Virus record (IMG/VR): IMGVR_UViG_3300020055_000005
Coordinates: 64,001 to 128,000 of that record
Source of the DNA: a virus
Strand: one strand, 5' to 3'
Length of the DNA stretch: 64,000 bases
Positions 9,358-18,570 of this stretch are shown in pieces; the stretch's first letter is position 1, and each line of letters starts with the position of its first letter. A program made the translations under genes and the position numbers. The notes under the pieces were generated by a model, which saw only the letters and a list, made by a program, of their open reading frames with translations, had not been told where the DNA came from and did no database searches.

Positions 9358-9663
9358 CTACTTTCTTGACTGTAAGTCTACATGCTTTTTGACAGTCGCA
9401 AGTGTCTTTTCTCTTTTGATGTCTTTCGTTCCATGTTCTGCATGAACATTAGAGCCTGGATGTGCATCACCCACTTTGGATAATACTTCTTTGAACCCAT
9501 CATCAACTTTGAAGTTGGTTGCAACACCACCCACAATATTTGCAGATGTTACTTGTTGTCTAAGATGGGGATTGGTTTCTTTGAATTCGTCTAATACTTT
9601 GTAAGACATTACATGTTCTTCTATCTCACCAGTATCATTATTTAAAAACACATATGTTGGCAT
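9358..9663 (-). CDS. FmdB-like conserved T4-like protein
   Basis: MPTYVF, NPHL, DDGFKEVLSKV. Confidence 0.7.
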   Translation of the reverse strand: MPTYVFLNNDTGEIEEHVMSYKVLDEFKETNPHLRQQVTSANIVGGVATNFKVDDGFKEVLSKVGDAHPGSNVHAEHGTKDIKREKTLATVKKHVDLQSRK

Positions 9664-9664
9664 A

Positions 9665-10201
9665 TCACATACTCATAAATTGGGGGACTTCTCTTTTAGT
9701 CCATTTTGCAAAGTCTTTTTTATAGACTGCATAGTATTTATGGTATGCAGAAAGAGAATCATTTTCCACTTTCACATCATCAGGCATACACTGAGGTGGT
9801 TCTTTCCATTCACCTAGTGTAATGTTATCAGGTGAATAGTATAGAATCTCTCTGAGTTTAGTATCGGTCAGATGTTTTTTACCATATCTATGAGTGTATT
9901 CATTACACAATGAAACAAACATGTGATATGCATACATGTACTGTTGTTTGTTTTCACGTACCCATTGAGTGGATGGATGATTGATATGAGAAGCCTTGTA
10001 TAAGATATCTTCTCTATCAGGGTCAAGTCTCCATCTTTGTATCCTGCGACCACTTGATGCATCAGTGTATTGTGTACCATCCAATATTCTATGTGCAGTA
10101 CTCAACATCTGAGCATATTCGATAATCATTTTAACCACGTGTTTGTCACAATGAAGTGTTGCAGACACGTCAGGGTTTTTGTGTAAGTAAAATAAATTCA
10201 C
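9665..10201 (-). CDS. Pyrimidine-dimer DNA glycosylase (DenV-like)
   Basis: NLFYLH, HCDKHVVKMIIEYAQMLSTAH, HINHPS, EYTHRYGKKH, PPQCMPD; GTG start overlaps the upstream stop. Confidence 0.8.
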   Translation of the reverse strand: MNLFYLHKNPDVSATLHCDKHVVKMIIEYAQMLSTAHRILDGTQYTDASSGRRIQRWRLDPDREDILYKASHINHPSTQWVRENKQQYMYAYHMFVSLCNEYTHRYGKKHLTDTKLREILYYSPDNITLGEWKEPPQCMPDDVKVENDSLSAYHKYYAVYKKDFAKWTKREVPQFMSM

Positions 10202-10449
10202 AGTTCCATTATTTGTTTTAAATATTTCTCGACGTTTTCCCAAGACAAGTGTCCAAGTACGTCTTCTGTTATACCACTAGTATAACACATATCTTCGTCT
10301 TTGAGAACCGCTAATTCCCATAAACCTTTTTTACCACCATAACTGTAATCGTGTTTGATTACACTTGCACCATACCCATTAGGGAATGCATAAACATGTT
10401 GCACTCCATCATACGGATAATCTGTATTCTTTAAATATTCTCTGAACAT
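10198..10449 (-). CDS. Conserved hypothetical phage protein
   Basis: FPNGYGASVI..SYGG..GLWELAV. Confidence 0.75.
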   Translation of the reverse strand: MFREYLKNTDYPYDGVQHVYAFPNGYGASVIKHDYSYGGKKGLWELAVLKDEDMCYTSGITEDVLGHLSWENVEKYLKQIMEL

Positions 10450-10982
10450 TTGAATATACTCCTTTCCTTTTCAGTGATACCCTCACCAAATATAACTCCA
10501 TCAGATATCTTTAACTCTCTAACCATATCTGACACTCCTTTACGATGGAAATACTTTTCCTTCGTTGGGTATTGTTCAATATCATTTCTTGATATCATTA
10601 AAACTTTTGTTCTGTTGAAATTCATATTTGCCATAAAGAATGGTTTGTCTGATTGTTTTAAAAACTTTTCTTTACGTGCAAGAAAATGAATGTGTTTATA
10701 ATAATCTGGCCAGTCAGGATTCCATTCTCTCCATCTTTCTATGTCTATTGTACCTATGATTTCACCCTTGCATACAATACCTATGTCAACACCATACTGA
10801 CCATCAGGATGTTTCCTTAGATGATCAGGTGTTTCAGGTAAGAACGAAGTGAGATATTTTTTTAAAGACTCATCTTTATTAACCATATCAAAAAAAGTTT
10901 TGATGTCTTCTCCATCATCAAAACTATTGTTTCTATCGTTGTATGAACCCCACTTAGTTCTATGTACGCTTGTAACCTTCAT
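10431..10982 (-). CDS. Hypothetical protein, possible PD-(D/E)XK-like
   Basis: YGVDIG...IDIER pattern. Confidence 0.5.
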   Translation of the reverse strand: MKVTSVHRTKWGSYNDRNNSFDDGEDIKTFFDMVNKDESLKKYLTSFLPETPDHLRKHPDGQYGVDIGIVCKGEIIGTIDIERWREWNPDWPDYYKHIHFLARKEKFLKQSDKPFFMANMNFNRTKVLMISRNDIEQYPTKEKYFHRKGVSDMVRELKISDGVIFGEGITEKERSIFKCSENI

Positions 10983-11536
10983 TTATAAAATAGATGATTG
11001 TCAACTGTTACTGTACGATTCAGACTGGATGCCCAGTAAGGTAATACACTGTCTGCATGATAATGGGTTGCACCTTCTGTTACATCAGACCACTCACCTT
11101 CCATGACTCGTCTTGCAATTAACATTGATTCAATCCATGTTTTACTATCGACTGGTTCATCTGACTTACCATCACAGAACCAACTGAACTGACACTTGTT
11201 TCTGACTGGAACTTCGTTACCTTTCCAGTTAATTTTCCATTGTGCCTGATACACTACATCGCAAATAGTGTCAGGATATAGACTAGAATCCACACGATTC
11301 AACACTACATGTGACACTGCAACCTTACCAATCATAGGTTGATTACCAGCTTCAAAATAAATGTTTTTTGCGAGACAGAATGCCTCTCCGTTTGCATCGT
11401 AGGCTTCTACTTTGGATGAAAACATTAGTACGAATACTAAAAATGCACTGAGAAATGCACCTGTTCCAAACCCAATGAGTGTATTAAGAAAATCACGGTT
11501 TACACGATCATTGATAACCTTTCCATATCTATTCAT
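10979..11536 (-). CDS. Cell wall hydrolase, SleB/Hydrolase_2 family
   Basis: CLAKNIYFEA, VVLNRV, CQFSWFCDGK, GATHYHA, HLFY; N-terminal TM. Confidence 0.92.
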   Translation of the reverse strand: MNRYGKVINDRVNRDFLNTLIGFGTGAFLSAFLVFVLMFSSKVEAYDANGEAFCLAKNIYFEAGNQPMIGKVAVSHVVLNRVDSSLYPDTICDVVYQAQWKINWKGNEVPVRNKCQFSWFCDGKSDEPVDSKTWIESMLIARRVMEGEWSDVTEGATHYHADSVLPYWASSLNRTVTVDNHLFYK

Positions 11537-11715
11537 GTGTTATCTCCATCGGTTGTTTTAACTTTGGACTTATCGAAATATCCACCCTTTTCCCAAGGAA
11601 GTGGAATATATTTATTCTTTCGTCTTTCTTCATTGATATGAATTGCACCATAACAAAAAATTCCTGCAAGTGTGCAGAAAACTATTCCAAATAGAATATC
11701 AAATATACCCATCAA
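11533..11715 (-). CDS. Small membrane protein
   Basis: One TM helix; ATGA coupling. Confidence 0.65.
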   Translation of the reverse strand: MMGIFDILFGIVFCTLAGIFCYGAIHINEERRKNKYIPLPWEKGGYFDKSKVKTTDGDNT

Positions 11716-11882
11716 TATCCACTGGTTGTATGTGCATATTCATCTGCACAATTGGTTTCACCACAAACACAAACACCCTCAGGTAGTTCGTCTTCAGGAC
11801 TTGGTGCAAAGTCACTAATGTGGTGTTCCACTCCACAGTCATCTACAAACGTTGTGATGACTTTATCATTATCAATAGTCAT
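11712..11882 (-). CDS. Small Cys/His-containing protein
   Basis: CVCGETNC...H; SD GAGGAG. Confidence 0.6.
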   Translation of the reverse strand: MTIDNDKVITTFVDDCGVEHHISDFAPSPEDELPEGVCVCGETNCADEYAHTTSGY

Positions 11883-12036
11883 AATCATTCTCCTCTTGGT
11901 CATAAGCAAACCAAGTCATTAATCCTAACCCTACTATTATAACACTAATACTGTCTAATGGGAAGAGGGTTTCCGTATTCTGTTCCATCCCACCGACTCC
12001 ACCGAGTACTAGTATCAATCCAATAATTAATCTCAT
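11872..12036 (-). CDS. 54-aa membrane protein (not in track)
   Basis: MRLIIGLILVLGGVGGMEQ...FAYDQEENDYDY*; ATGA-coupled. Confidence 0.65.
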   Translation of the reverse strand: MRLIIGLILVLGGVGGMEQNTETLFPLDSISVIIVGLGLMTWFAYDQEENDYDY

Positions 12037-12122
12037 ATTATCCCCATAATAATTAATGCAAGAATAATGAATTCATCTATGATCATTATCCCTACAAAGA
12101 TTTTAAACAGTAACCATTTCAT
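12033..12122 (-). CDS. 29-aa membrane peptide (not in track)
   Basis: MKWLLFKIFVGIMIIDEFYILALIIMGII*; ATGA overlap at both ends. Confidence 0.6.
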   Translation of the reverse strand: MKWLLFKIFVGIMIIDEFIILALIIMGII

Positions 12123-12442
12123 GCTACTGCCTCTTCAAGTTCCCACTCAAGGTCATCAATCTCGATACCTTTATCTCTGACTGCATCCTCAAATGGTTCT
12201 ACTAAATCGTACATTGCAGATTCAAGTGCATTGATTTTTTCTCTGACTTCTTTGATTTTCCACTCAAGGTCAGATGAATCAGATACGTCCATACCCAACT
12301 CTTCTGCAACATTTGTAACCTTGTTGTAGATAGAGAAGAAGTCAATGTACTTAACATCTTTAGTAATGTTATTCACTTTATTAACTGCAGATTCCAAGTC
12401 CCACTTTTCATCATACAGCTTATCTAATTTTGCATTTGCCAT
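12119..12442 (-). CDS. Coiled-coil hypothetical protein
   Basis: SD AGGAG; helical composition. Confidence 0.7.
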   Translation of the reverse strand: MANAKLDKLYDEKWDLESAVNKVNNITKDVKYIDFFSIYNKVTNVAEELGMDVSDSSDLEWKIKEVREKINALESAMYDLVEPFEDAVRDKGIEIDDLEWELEEAVA

Positions 12443-12451
12443 AATCTACTC

Positions 12452-12934
12452 CTAATTTAATAATTCTTTTAATTTGGGGTCGTTACCATCGAACCACCCT
12501 TGTTTAACTTTGTACTGACATGCATAGTCAGTTCTCTCACCATCTTTTAATGGTGTCCACTGTTCACTCTTTGCGAGGATTTCTTTCCTCATGTAACCAT
12601 ACTCGTCGTTGGTGACGAATCGAAGACACGTCCACTTACCATCGACGTATTGAAACTCAATGGGATTTTCCCACTCTGCACATTCCTGAGCATCATCCTC
12701 AACGATTTCCCAATCAAGGATGTACTCCTCAAACCCATCGTGAGAAAACTCAATGAGACTTGTTAGAGTTGGAATACCCTCATTTGCAATCTTGTTCATT
12801 GAAGATGAAGACAAGTTATTCACCACATAAGTGTCACCACCTTTGAACTTCCAGTATTGAGGACACTCACCCTTACCATCCCAGTCGTGGAAACCGTAGT
12901 TCTCTTTGTGTTGTGTTTGAATAACAAGTTTCAT
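12452..12934 (-). CDS. Conserved hypothetical phage protein
   Basis: TQHKENYG.HDWDGKGECPQYWKFKGG motif; SD AGGAG. Confidence 0.75.
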   Translation of the reverse strand: MKLVIQTQHKENYGFHDWDGKGECPQYWKFKGGDTYVVNNLSSSSMNKIANEGIPTLTSLIEFSHDGFEEYILDWEIVEDDAQECAEWENPIEFQYVDGKWTCLRFVTNDEYGYMRKEILAKSEQWTPLKDGERTDYACQYKVKQGWFDGNDPKLKELLN

Positions 12935-12944
12935 AAAATATCTC

Positions 12945-13292
12945 CTAGATTAAATAGTCAGGGCCGTACTTTCTCATCCCTCTGATTTCGTATCCATCGA
13001 ACAGGTTACCACGTCCTGCATTCAGAGTTGGAGTCGCCCAACCTGCAGCTTTGAGAACAGTTCCTATCTCAAACTTGGGATTTGATTTGTTAATGAAACC
13101 CCAAACAGTTCGTTGGTTACCAGTGTTGGTAATCACCTTAACATACTTACGTGCAACCTCAAAATAGGTATGATACTCAGTAAGTGTGGGGTATTCCTTG
13201 ATATGCAGATCATTAATGTCATCACATAATTTCTGCACAAGGGGTAAAAGATTGTCTACGTTGCGTTCCATATTGTCTCCTTTTTTCATCAT
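12945..13292 (-). CDS. Conserved early hypothetical protein
   Basis: KYVKV..VWGFI..G.VLKAAGW.TP...RGN; alternative SD-led start near 13271. Confidence 0.75.
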   Translation of the reverse strand: MMKKGDNMERNVDNLLPLVQKLCDDINDLHIKEYPTLTEYHTYFEVARKYVKVITNTGNQRTVWGFINKSNPKFEIGTVLKAAGWATPTLNAGRGNLFDGYEIRGMRKYGPDYLI

Positions 13293-13298
13293 GTGTAT

Positions 13299-13328
13299 AG
13301 TATACTAAAAAGTGAGACCCTTTGTCAA
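13299..13328 (-). promoter_or_regulatory. Sigma70-like early promoter
   Basis: TTGACA-18nt-TATACT. Confidence 0.75.
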
Positions 13329-13359
13329 GCTTTTTAACGTCTGATTTTAAAGGATTTTT

Positions 13360-13447
13360 TGGTGCCTGAGGCGAGAATCGAACTCGCATGACCGTAAAGT
13401 CGAGGGATTTTAAGTCCCTTGTGTATACCTATTTCCACCACTCAGGC
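13360..13447 (-). tRNA. tRNA-Leu(UAA)
   Basis: Cloverleaf with long variable arm, anticodon loop CTTAAAA, GTTCGA, 3' CCA. Confidence 0.95.
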
Positions 13448-13578
13448 AACGTATGACGTATTAAGTCATAGGTAAGATAGAAGACTGTCCCCAATAGGTA
13501 TATGACAGTCCCTAGTGTGATGAATAACCACCCATAAACTAGTAATAAAAGAATGACATTGATTATTTCATTTATCAT
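13429..13578 (-). CDS. 49-aa membrane protein between tRNA-Arg and tRNA-Leu (not in track)
   Basis: SD GGAG; MINEIINVILLLLVYGWLFITLGTVIYLLGTVFYLTYDLIRHTLPEWWK*; stop lies inside tRNA-Leu. Confidence 0.6.
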   Translation of the reverse strand: MINEIINVILLLLVYGWLFITLGTVIYLLGTVFYLTYDLIRHTLPEWWK

Positions 13579-13591
13579 GTGGTTCTCCATT

Positions 13592-13668
13592 TGGCACCCT
13601 CGGCAGGAATCGAACCTGCAACCTACGGTTTAGAAGACCGTTGTTCTATCCGATTGAACTACGAGGGC
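13592..13668 (-). tRNA. tRNA-Arg(UCU)
   Basis: ACGGT-CTTCTAA-ACCGT anticodon arm, T-loop GTTCGA, CCA. Confidence 0.95.
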
Positions 13669-13670
13669 AG

Positions 13671-13934
13671 TTATACTGCAATTTGTTCTAACACAACCTG
13701 TTTCTCAAGTTGGGTCAGATCATCAATAGATTTAAAACGAGTCCATACAGTTCCGTATGTGACTAACTTATTACCTGCAGTAACAGCTGCATTCCATTTT
13801 GCATCCAGTTCACTCTGTTTCTCTAATGGTTGTTTTGAGTTACTTGCATATATCTTGTTTTCTTCGCAATCCTTGATCAATCGTTGACCAAGTTTCACAT
13901 AATATTCTTCTGCGTTTTGCATTAGGTTCTCCAT
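13671..13934 (-). CDS. Hypothetical protein
   Basis: ORF immediately behind the promoter at 13948-13977. Confidence 0.7.
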   Translation of the reverse strand: MENLMQNAEEYYVKLGQRLIKDCEENKIYASNSKQPLEKQSELDAKWNAAVTAGNKLVTYGTVWTRFKSIDDLTQLEKQVVLEQIAV

Positions 13935-13947
13935 AATTAATGTTGTT

Positions 13948-13977
13948 ATAGTATCAAAAAATACTATGCAATGTCAA
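13948..13977 (-). promoter_or_regulatory. Sigma70-like early promoter
   Basis: TTGACA-18nt-TACTAT. Confidence 0.7.
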
Positions 13978-13983
13978 TGGATT

Positions 13984-14232
13984 TTATAGATTTTTTTGAA
14001 TTAGATTTAATTCTTCGATTTTTTTGTTGATGATCTCTACTCTGTTAGGCCAGTAGATGTAATCTTTATCAGAATCCTTTGCAAGATTTTCTAGGAGTGG
14101 TCTGATAAAGTTATCTAAGTTTTGGATTACTTCAGTTGCACTAGTGGTCTTTTCGACAATCTTAGTGTCGATAGATGCAAGTTCATCACCATCTAATGCA
14201 GTGAATCCAAAGTCGTTGTATTCAATACTCAT
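13984..14232 (-). CDS. Conserved hypothetical phage protein
   Basis: YNDFGFTA...PLLENL...DYIYWPNR; late-type ACTAAATA 5 nt before ATG. Confidence 0.75.
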   Translation of the reverse strand: MSIEYNDFGFTALDGDELASIDTKIVEKTTSATEVIQNLDNFIRPLLENLAKDSDKDYIYWPNRVEIINKKIEELNLIQKNL

Positions 14233-14236
14233 AGTA

Positions 14237-14815
14237 TTATTTAGTAAACCTCTCCATTTCTTTAAGGGTTTCTTTATCACTTTGCACATCTACATAGTTT
14301 GCATGTGCTTGAAGTGTAATATCTGACACTTCATAATCAGGATATGAGGTAATAAGTTTATGTATCAATCCTGCGACATCCTGATGTTTAACACTTGGTA
14401 GATCATGTTCAAGTAATCCCAAGTTAATGGTTGTCATCTTATATCGTTTCTTAGAATTGAATTGTAGATTATCTGCAAGGTGATTGAGTTGTGCTTTCTC
14501 AGCTGCATACTCATATCCTTTAGATATGTTAGGACGAGCAGCACGTGATGAAATGTTGATTATGTATTTGGTCTTTTCAGTTTCCCATGCACGATGTGTA
14601 ATTCCCAATATCTTTGTTTGGTCTTGATGTGCAAGATTGATAAGAACATCGCAAGGTCTATGACCTCTGTATATCCAACAGTTCTCTTTGTTTGCAGTTA
14701 TGTCCTCACAACGAATAGGTGACACTTCAATAGTCTGTCCTCTAAAAGGTGTTGACTCTAGTGTATCCTTAATTACTTTTGCAAGTCCTGATGTTCCTGT
14801 TATTGCTACTCTCAT
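14237..14815 (-). CDS. Short-chain dehydrogenase/reductase-like protein
   Basis: VAITGTSGLA, IINISS, catalytic YxxxK (YAAEK). Confidence 0.8.
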   Translation of the reverse strand: MRVAITGTSGLAKVIKDTLESTPFRGQTIEVSPIRCEDITANKENCWIYRGHRPCDVLINLAHQDQTKILGITHRAWETEKTKYIINISSRAARPNISKGYEYAAEKAQLNHLADNLQFNSKKRYKMTTINLGLLEHDLPSVKHQDVAGLIHKLITSYPDYEVSDITLQAHANYVDVQSDKETLKEMERFTK

Positions 14816-14997
14816 ATCTTATTCCATACTCTCTCATGTATAAAGTAAATAAACATTTTTGCAATGAACTCTACTCCACCAATTGCAAGTCCTACTTTGT
14901 AGTCACCTGTAATCGCCCATGCAATTAATATGGTTGTTATTGTTGCTGTAATTCTCCAACTAAAAGTTTTAGCTAGAGTTTTCTTTATAGAGTCCAT
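14812..14997 (-). CDS. Small membrane protein (DUF2061-like)
   Basis: KTFSWR...YFIHERVW. Confidence 0.8.
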   Translation of the reverse strand: MDSIKKTLAKTFSWRITATITTILIAWAITGDYKVGLAIGGVEFIAKMFIYFIHERVWNKI

Positions 14998-15337
14998 TCC
15001 TTATTTCTGTTGCACTTACGTCTTCGATCTCCTTATCGAAGTGTTCTTGTTCAATCTTATACCCTACATCACGTCCATAAGTTATATGTGTAATGTTTGG
15101 TACTTCGACTATATCATAATCCAATGTACGAGTGAATCCATGTTTCTTTAAGTCTTCACTAATAAATTTTACTCTTTCCCCAAAATTATATGGGTTACTG
15201 TCTGTACCGTCTTCCTTCCTGAGTAGTATTACTACTTGACCAGTTTTGGAAATTCCTCGCTTAAATAGTTCGAGATGCCCTCTATGCCAGGGCTGGAACC
15301 TTCCAAGGAGTTGCGTAGTTGGTCTAGTCCAATCCAT
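14969..15337 (-). CDS. HxGH-family nucleotidyltransferase (cytidylyltransferase-like)
   Basis: GRFQPWHRGH and SATEIR. Confidence 0.85.
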   Translation of the reverse strand: MDWTRPTTQLLGRFQPWHRGHLELFKRGISKTGQVVILLRKEDGTDSNPYNFGERVKFISEDLKKHGFTRTLDYDIVEVPNITHITYGRDVGYKIEQEHFDKEIEDVSATEIRNGLYKENSS

Positions 15338-15690
15338 TCTGTTATCCTTATATCGTACTCATCTTCTGTTGGTGGTTCGAATAATGCATTCGTGTCTTCA
15401 TACTCTGACTCTTTAATCGTATCCATCCAAATAGTAAAGGTTGCATCCGTTAGAGTTCTTGTCTTTTGAGTAGGACAAACAAAATCCAAAATACCAAAAA
15501 GTGCTGACCCCATTCTTCTCGCTTGTTTATCTCTACCTTCCTCAGAGAAATCCCAATCTTTGAAATTCTCTCTAGTAGTATCTGCGTTAATATGAGGCAT
15601 AAGGAAGTGGTACGCTAACTCCCTTGCAAGTGTAGTCTTGCCTGAACCAGGCAATCCCATGATCATAATCTTCTTATGTTTCTTAATCAT
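15232..15690 (-). CDS. cysC: Adenylylsulfate (APS) kinase-like
   Basis: GLPGSGKTT, NADxxR, DWDFSEEGR, DFVCP, FEPP. Confidence 0.8.
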   Translation of the reverse strand: MIKKHKKIMIMGLPGSGKTTLARELAYHFLMPHINADTTRENFKDWDFSEEGRDKQARRMGSALFGILDFVCPTQKTRTLTDATFTIWMDTIKESEYEDTNALFEPPTEDEYDIRITEWIGLDQLRNSLEGSSPGIEGISNYLSEEFPKLVK

Positions 15691-16613
15691 CTATTCTCCA
15701 AGTGTTTGTTCACAATGTCAAATGATGGTTTACCAAATAGTGAACCATCAACACTACACTTATTGCAAGGGGACTGTGAACGGTCTCCCTTTGCAAGTTT
15801 CCTACGAATTTTATTCATAGGTTTACTGAACCATACATCGTATAGAGATTGTTGTAAAAGATTTCCTACAACGTGTTCTCTACCCCAATCGTTGGAACAG
15901 AATAAAACATCACCATTCCAATCAACAAACATTTTATAAAAAGGATAGTGACACGGTTTACCTTGTAATTTTTTAATATCTGTTTCTTCAATTCCGACCC
16001 AGTCAATGACTCCACTCCTGTTGTTTAAAATTAATCCGTGTTTCTCAAAGTCACCCCAATGCATTCTATACTTGTATCTGTCTTGGGGGATTCTTGCACT
16101 TTTCATTATCTCATCAAAGTGTTCCATCTGTTCAGGCCCATCATATAGATTTATATAGAGTAAGTCTAAACCTGATTTTGCAATTCGTATTGCATAATCT
16201 ACATCTAACTTGTCACCGTTAGTGTTACACTCTAGTGTCGCTTGTGGTAGTGCATGTCTAAAGGTTGATATGATCTGTGGGAACCATGGATTTAATAAGT
16301 TCTCACCGAATCCACTAAAAGATATTTTACCTTGGTATCCATTGTCTGCTAATTCTTCTGCAATGGTTTCAGCACCCTTAATTGTAAGGTGGAGTTGCCT
16401 ATTGGGAAATACTGTTGGGTCATGTCTCGGACAAAAGACACATGTACGATTGCACAACTCAGTAGTATTAATTTCAACTGTAAGAATCGACATGAGTGGG
16501 TCATCTTGACCTCCTATCCTTTTCCAATGTTTCTTTTCTTGTTCTCTTCTATGTTCAAGAAAATCAAACTGGTCAACTGCAGTAGTAGGGATTATGTTTT
16601 TGTCGTAGAGCAT
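15687..16613 (-). CDS. Radical SAM / SPASM domain protein
   Basis: CNRTCVFC cluster motif, TNG, SPASM cysteines CHYPF...FC...CNKC. Confidence 0.92.
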   Translation of the reverse strand: MLYDKNIIPTTAVDQFDFLEHRREQEKKHWKRIGGQDDPLMSILTVEINTTELCNRTCVFCPRHDPTVFPNRQLHLTIKGAETIAEELADNGYQGKISFSGFGENLLNPWFPQIISTFRHALPQATLECNTNGDKLDVDYAIRIAKSGLDLLYINLYDGPEQMEHFDEIMKSARIPQDRYKYRMHWGDFEKHGLILNNRSGVIDWVGIEETDIKKLQGKPCHYPFYKMFVDWNGDVLFCSNDWGREHVVGNLLQQSLYDVWFSKPMNKIRRKLAKGDRSQSPCNKCSVDGSLFGKPSFDIVNKHLENR

Positions 16614-17092
16614 GTGATGTATCTTTCCCTATCTTCAGTTTCGTTTACATAAGTGTAAGTGATGTCATCACCTACATTAAACTCTTCTGCATAATGACGT
16701 GGTACGCAAAAGAATTGATGATCTTCGTATTCAGATAAACTTGTTGTTGTTGGTGACTTGGTTGGATTCCATAAGTTAGGTGATAAAAGAATATGATCAC
16801 CCAATGGTTGTTCTAACACTGAGAAGATTAAAGTGTCATTGTCTTTATATAATCTTACATAAGGTGTGTCGAACTGACACCCTAATTTCATTGTGTAGTC
16901 TTTGGGGAAATCAAAACGAAGTAAATCGTCTGCAACTTCTTGCTGAAATTTAAACTCTCGACTTACCTCGTCCTGTTTTAATTCTCTAACTGTCGATGGA
17001 CTAGAAGTAGCCACCGTCCCTGTGATCGTCGTCACCATCTGTTTCACCACCTTCATCTGTTTCAGTTGCAGATATGAAACCACTCTCTTCAT
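16592..17092 (-). CDS. Hypothetical protein (start uncertain)
   Basis: Fills the gap between the acidic protein and rSAM; overlaps the upstream gene. Confidence 0.6.
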   Translation of the reverse strand: MKRVVSYLQLKQMKVVKQMVTTITGTVATSSPSTVRELKQDEVSREFKFQQEVADDLLRFDFPKDYTMKLGCQFDTPYVRLYKDNDTLIFSVLEQPLGDHILLSPNLWNPTKSPTTTSLSEYEDHQFFCVPRHYAEEFNVGDDITYTYVNETEDRERYITCSTTKT

Positions 17093-18455
17093 CTTCAGTT
17101 AGTGACTGGATAAATTCTTCTGTACGTAATACAAACTCGTCAATCATTTTTGCTTTTGATTGAGTTGCATTTACATCAAAGTCTAATCTATCTGCTTCTT
17201 GTTTAATTTTTGCTTTAGTTAAACCCTCTAACTCTGAACGACTAGGGATTACAATCTCATCGTATTCCTCTTCTTCAGGTTTAGGTTCAGGTTCATCTGC
17301 ATACTTCTCTTTGAGTTTCTCTAAGAGTTCTTCTTCTGTATCTGCAGTTGTTACGATTTTAAGATCAGGTACCTTCGCTTCGACGGAGTCCCCACTTGAT
17401 AATGTTTGTCTTACACTAGGTGCATTACCAGCTGACACTATTGGTTTACTAAAGTCAGGTTCTGATTCTGTGTCATCTTGTGTTACATTAAATTCTGATT
17501 CAATGTCTTCAAGGTCAGGTAATGAATCCTCTGTATCCTGCCACTCTTCCCATGCAGTTTGATCTTCTGCAGGGTCTTTATAATCTTCATCAGTGAAAGA
17601 TTCTACAGGTAAGTCTTCACCCCAATCTTTGATCTCTTGTTCACTAAAATCTTTGAATGCTTGTTTTGTCTCTTCAACCTTTTCTGCAAGTTCTTTATCT
17701 TCTGTGAAAGGTGTTGTGACTTCTGATTGATGAAGGGTTGCACCATCCTTTGCGACAGACTCTGAATGTTCTTCATCAGTCTTTAGATGATGATAGAGAC
17801 CTCTGTTTGCATTGTCCCACTCTTCAGGTGTTACATCGTCTAAACCTTTTGCAGGTTCTTCTGTGATATTGTTTTCTTCAATCTCTACAGTCTTTGGTCT
17901 TCCTGCACGAATTAAATCCCATGCTTTAGACTTAGGTTTTTCAGGTTGAAGTGTCGGAGGTGTCCATTTCTCCCATGACTCAAAATGGTCAGATTGTTCT
18001 TGTTCAGGTGTTTGTCTATCAATATTTTCTACTGCAGACTTAGACTCACCCAACAATGCCTCTAAATGTTTAAGTCTATCTTCTAATGATTTTCTTAGTT
18101 GTCTTTCTTCAACTAATTTTTGTTTCTCTTGTTCTCTGCGTTTTGCAAGTTCAATTTCTTTTTCCTGTTGTTCTTCAACTGCAATCTCATTTAATCTATT
18201 TGTTGCAACTTCAACTGAACGATTGTATTCTGCAAGACCGTTAGTTACATCATCACGTACTGCAATCAAAGCCTCAAGTTCTGTTAACTTTGCCTGACCG
18301 TTCTTTAAATGTGATTCTAACAATGCACTAGTGATCTGTGCAACCTGTGGTGTTACACCTACTTTAAAATTGTTAATGCGATTTTGTATCTGTTCCTTCT
18401 CTGAAGGTTCAGGTGGAGTTTGACTAAACTCTGATGGGGTCACATCTTCTGCCAT
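17001..18455 (-). CDS. Large, highly acidic coiled-coil/disordered protein
   Basis: 484 aa, E/D-rich; SD GAGG; late promoter upstream. Confidence 0.8.
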   Translation of the reverse strand: MAEDVTPSEFSQTPPEPSEKEQIQNRINNFKVGVTPQVAQITSALLESHLKNGQAKLTELEALIAVRDDVTNGLAEYNRSVEVATNRLNEIAVEEQQEKEIELAKRREQEKQKLVEERQLRKSLEDRLKHLEALLGESKSAVENIDRQTPEQEQSDHFESWEKWTPPTLQPEKPKSKAWDLIRAGRPKTVEIEENNITEEPAKGLDDVTPEEWDNANRGLYHHLKTDEEHSESVAKDGATLHQSEVTTPFTEDKELAEKVEETKQAFKDFSEQEIKDWGEDLPVESFTDEDYKDPAEDQTAWEEWQDTEDSLPDLEDIESEFNVTQDDTESEPDFSKPIVSAGNAPSVRQTLSSGDSVEAKVPDLKIVTTADTEEELLEKLKEKYADEPEPKPEEEEYDEIVIPSRSELEGLTKAKIKQEADRLDFDVNATQSKAKMIDEFVLRTEEFIQSLTEDEESGFISATETDEGGETDGDDDHRDGGYF

Positions 18456-18480
18456 AATTTTACCTCATAATATCCATGGA

Positions 18481-18563
18481 GTCGCACACGACTAGAAAGG
18501 TTCTATATCGGAAAGTGATTAATCCCCTTTCCTTGGTGTTTCTATGTATAGTCTCTGGCGACA
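18481..18563 (-). promoter_or_regulatory. Structured 5' leader behind late promoter ACTAAATA
   Basis: Nested pairs GUCGC/GCGAC, GACUA/UAGUC, UAGAAA/UUUCUA, GGAAAG/CUUUCC. Confidence 0.5.
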
Positions 18564-18570
18564 CTAATAT

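Noticed and set aside
11930-11965. Promoter-like TAGACA...TATAAT
   Set aside because: Spacer is only about 12 nt and it lies inside the 54-aa coding ORF
13579-13887. ORFs spanning tRNA genes (also 30459-30665 and 30995-31384)
   Set aside because: Translations of tRNA sequence
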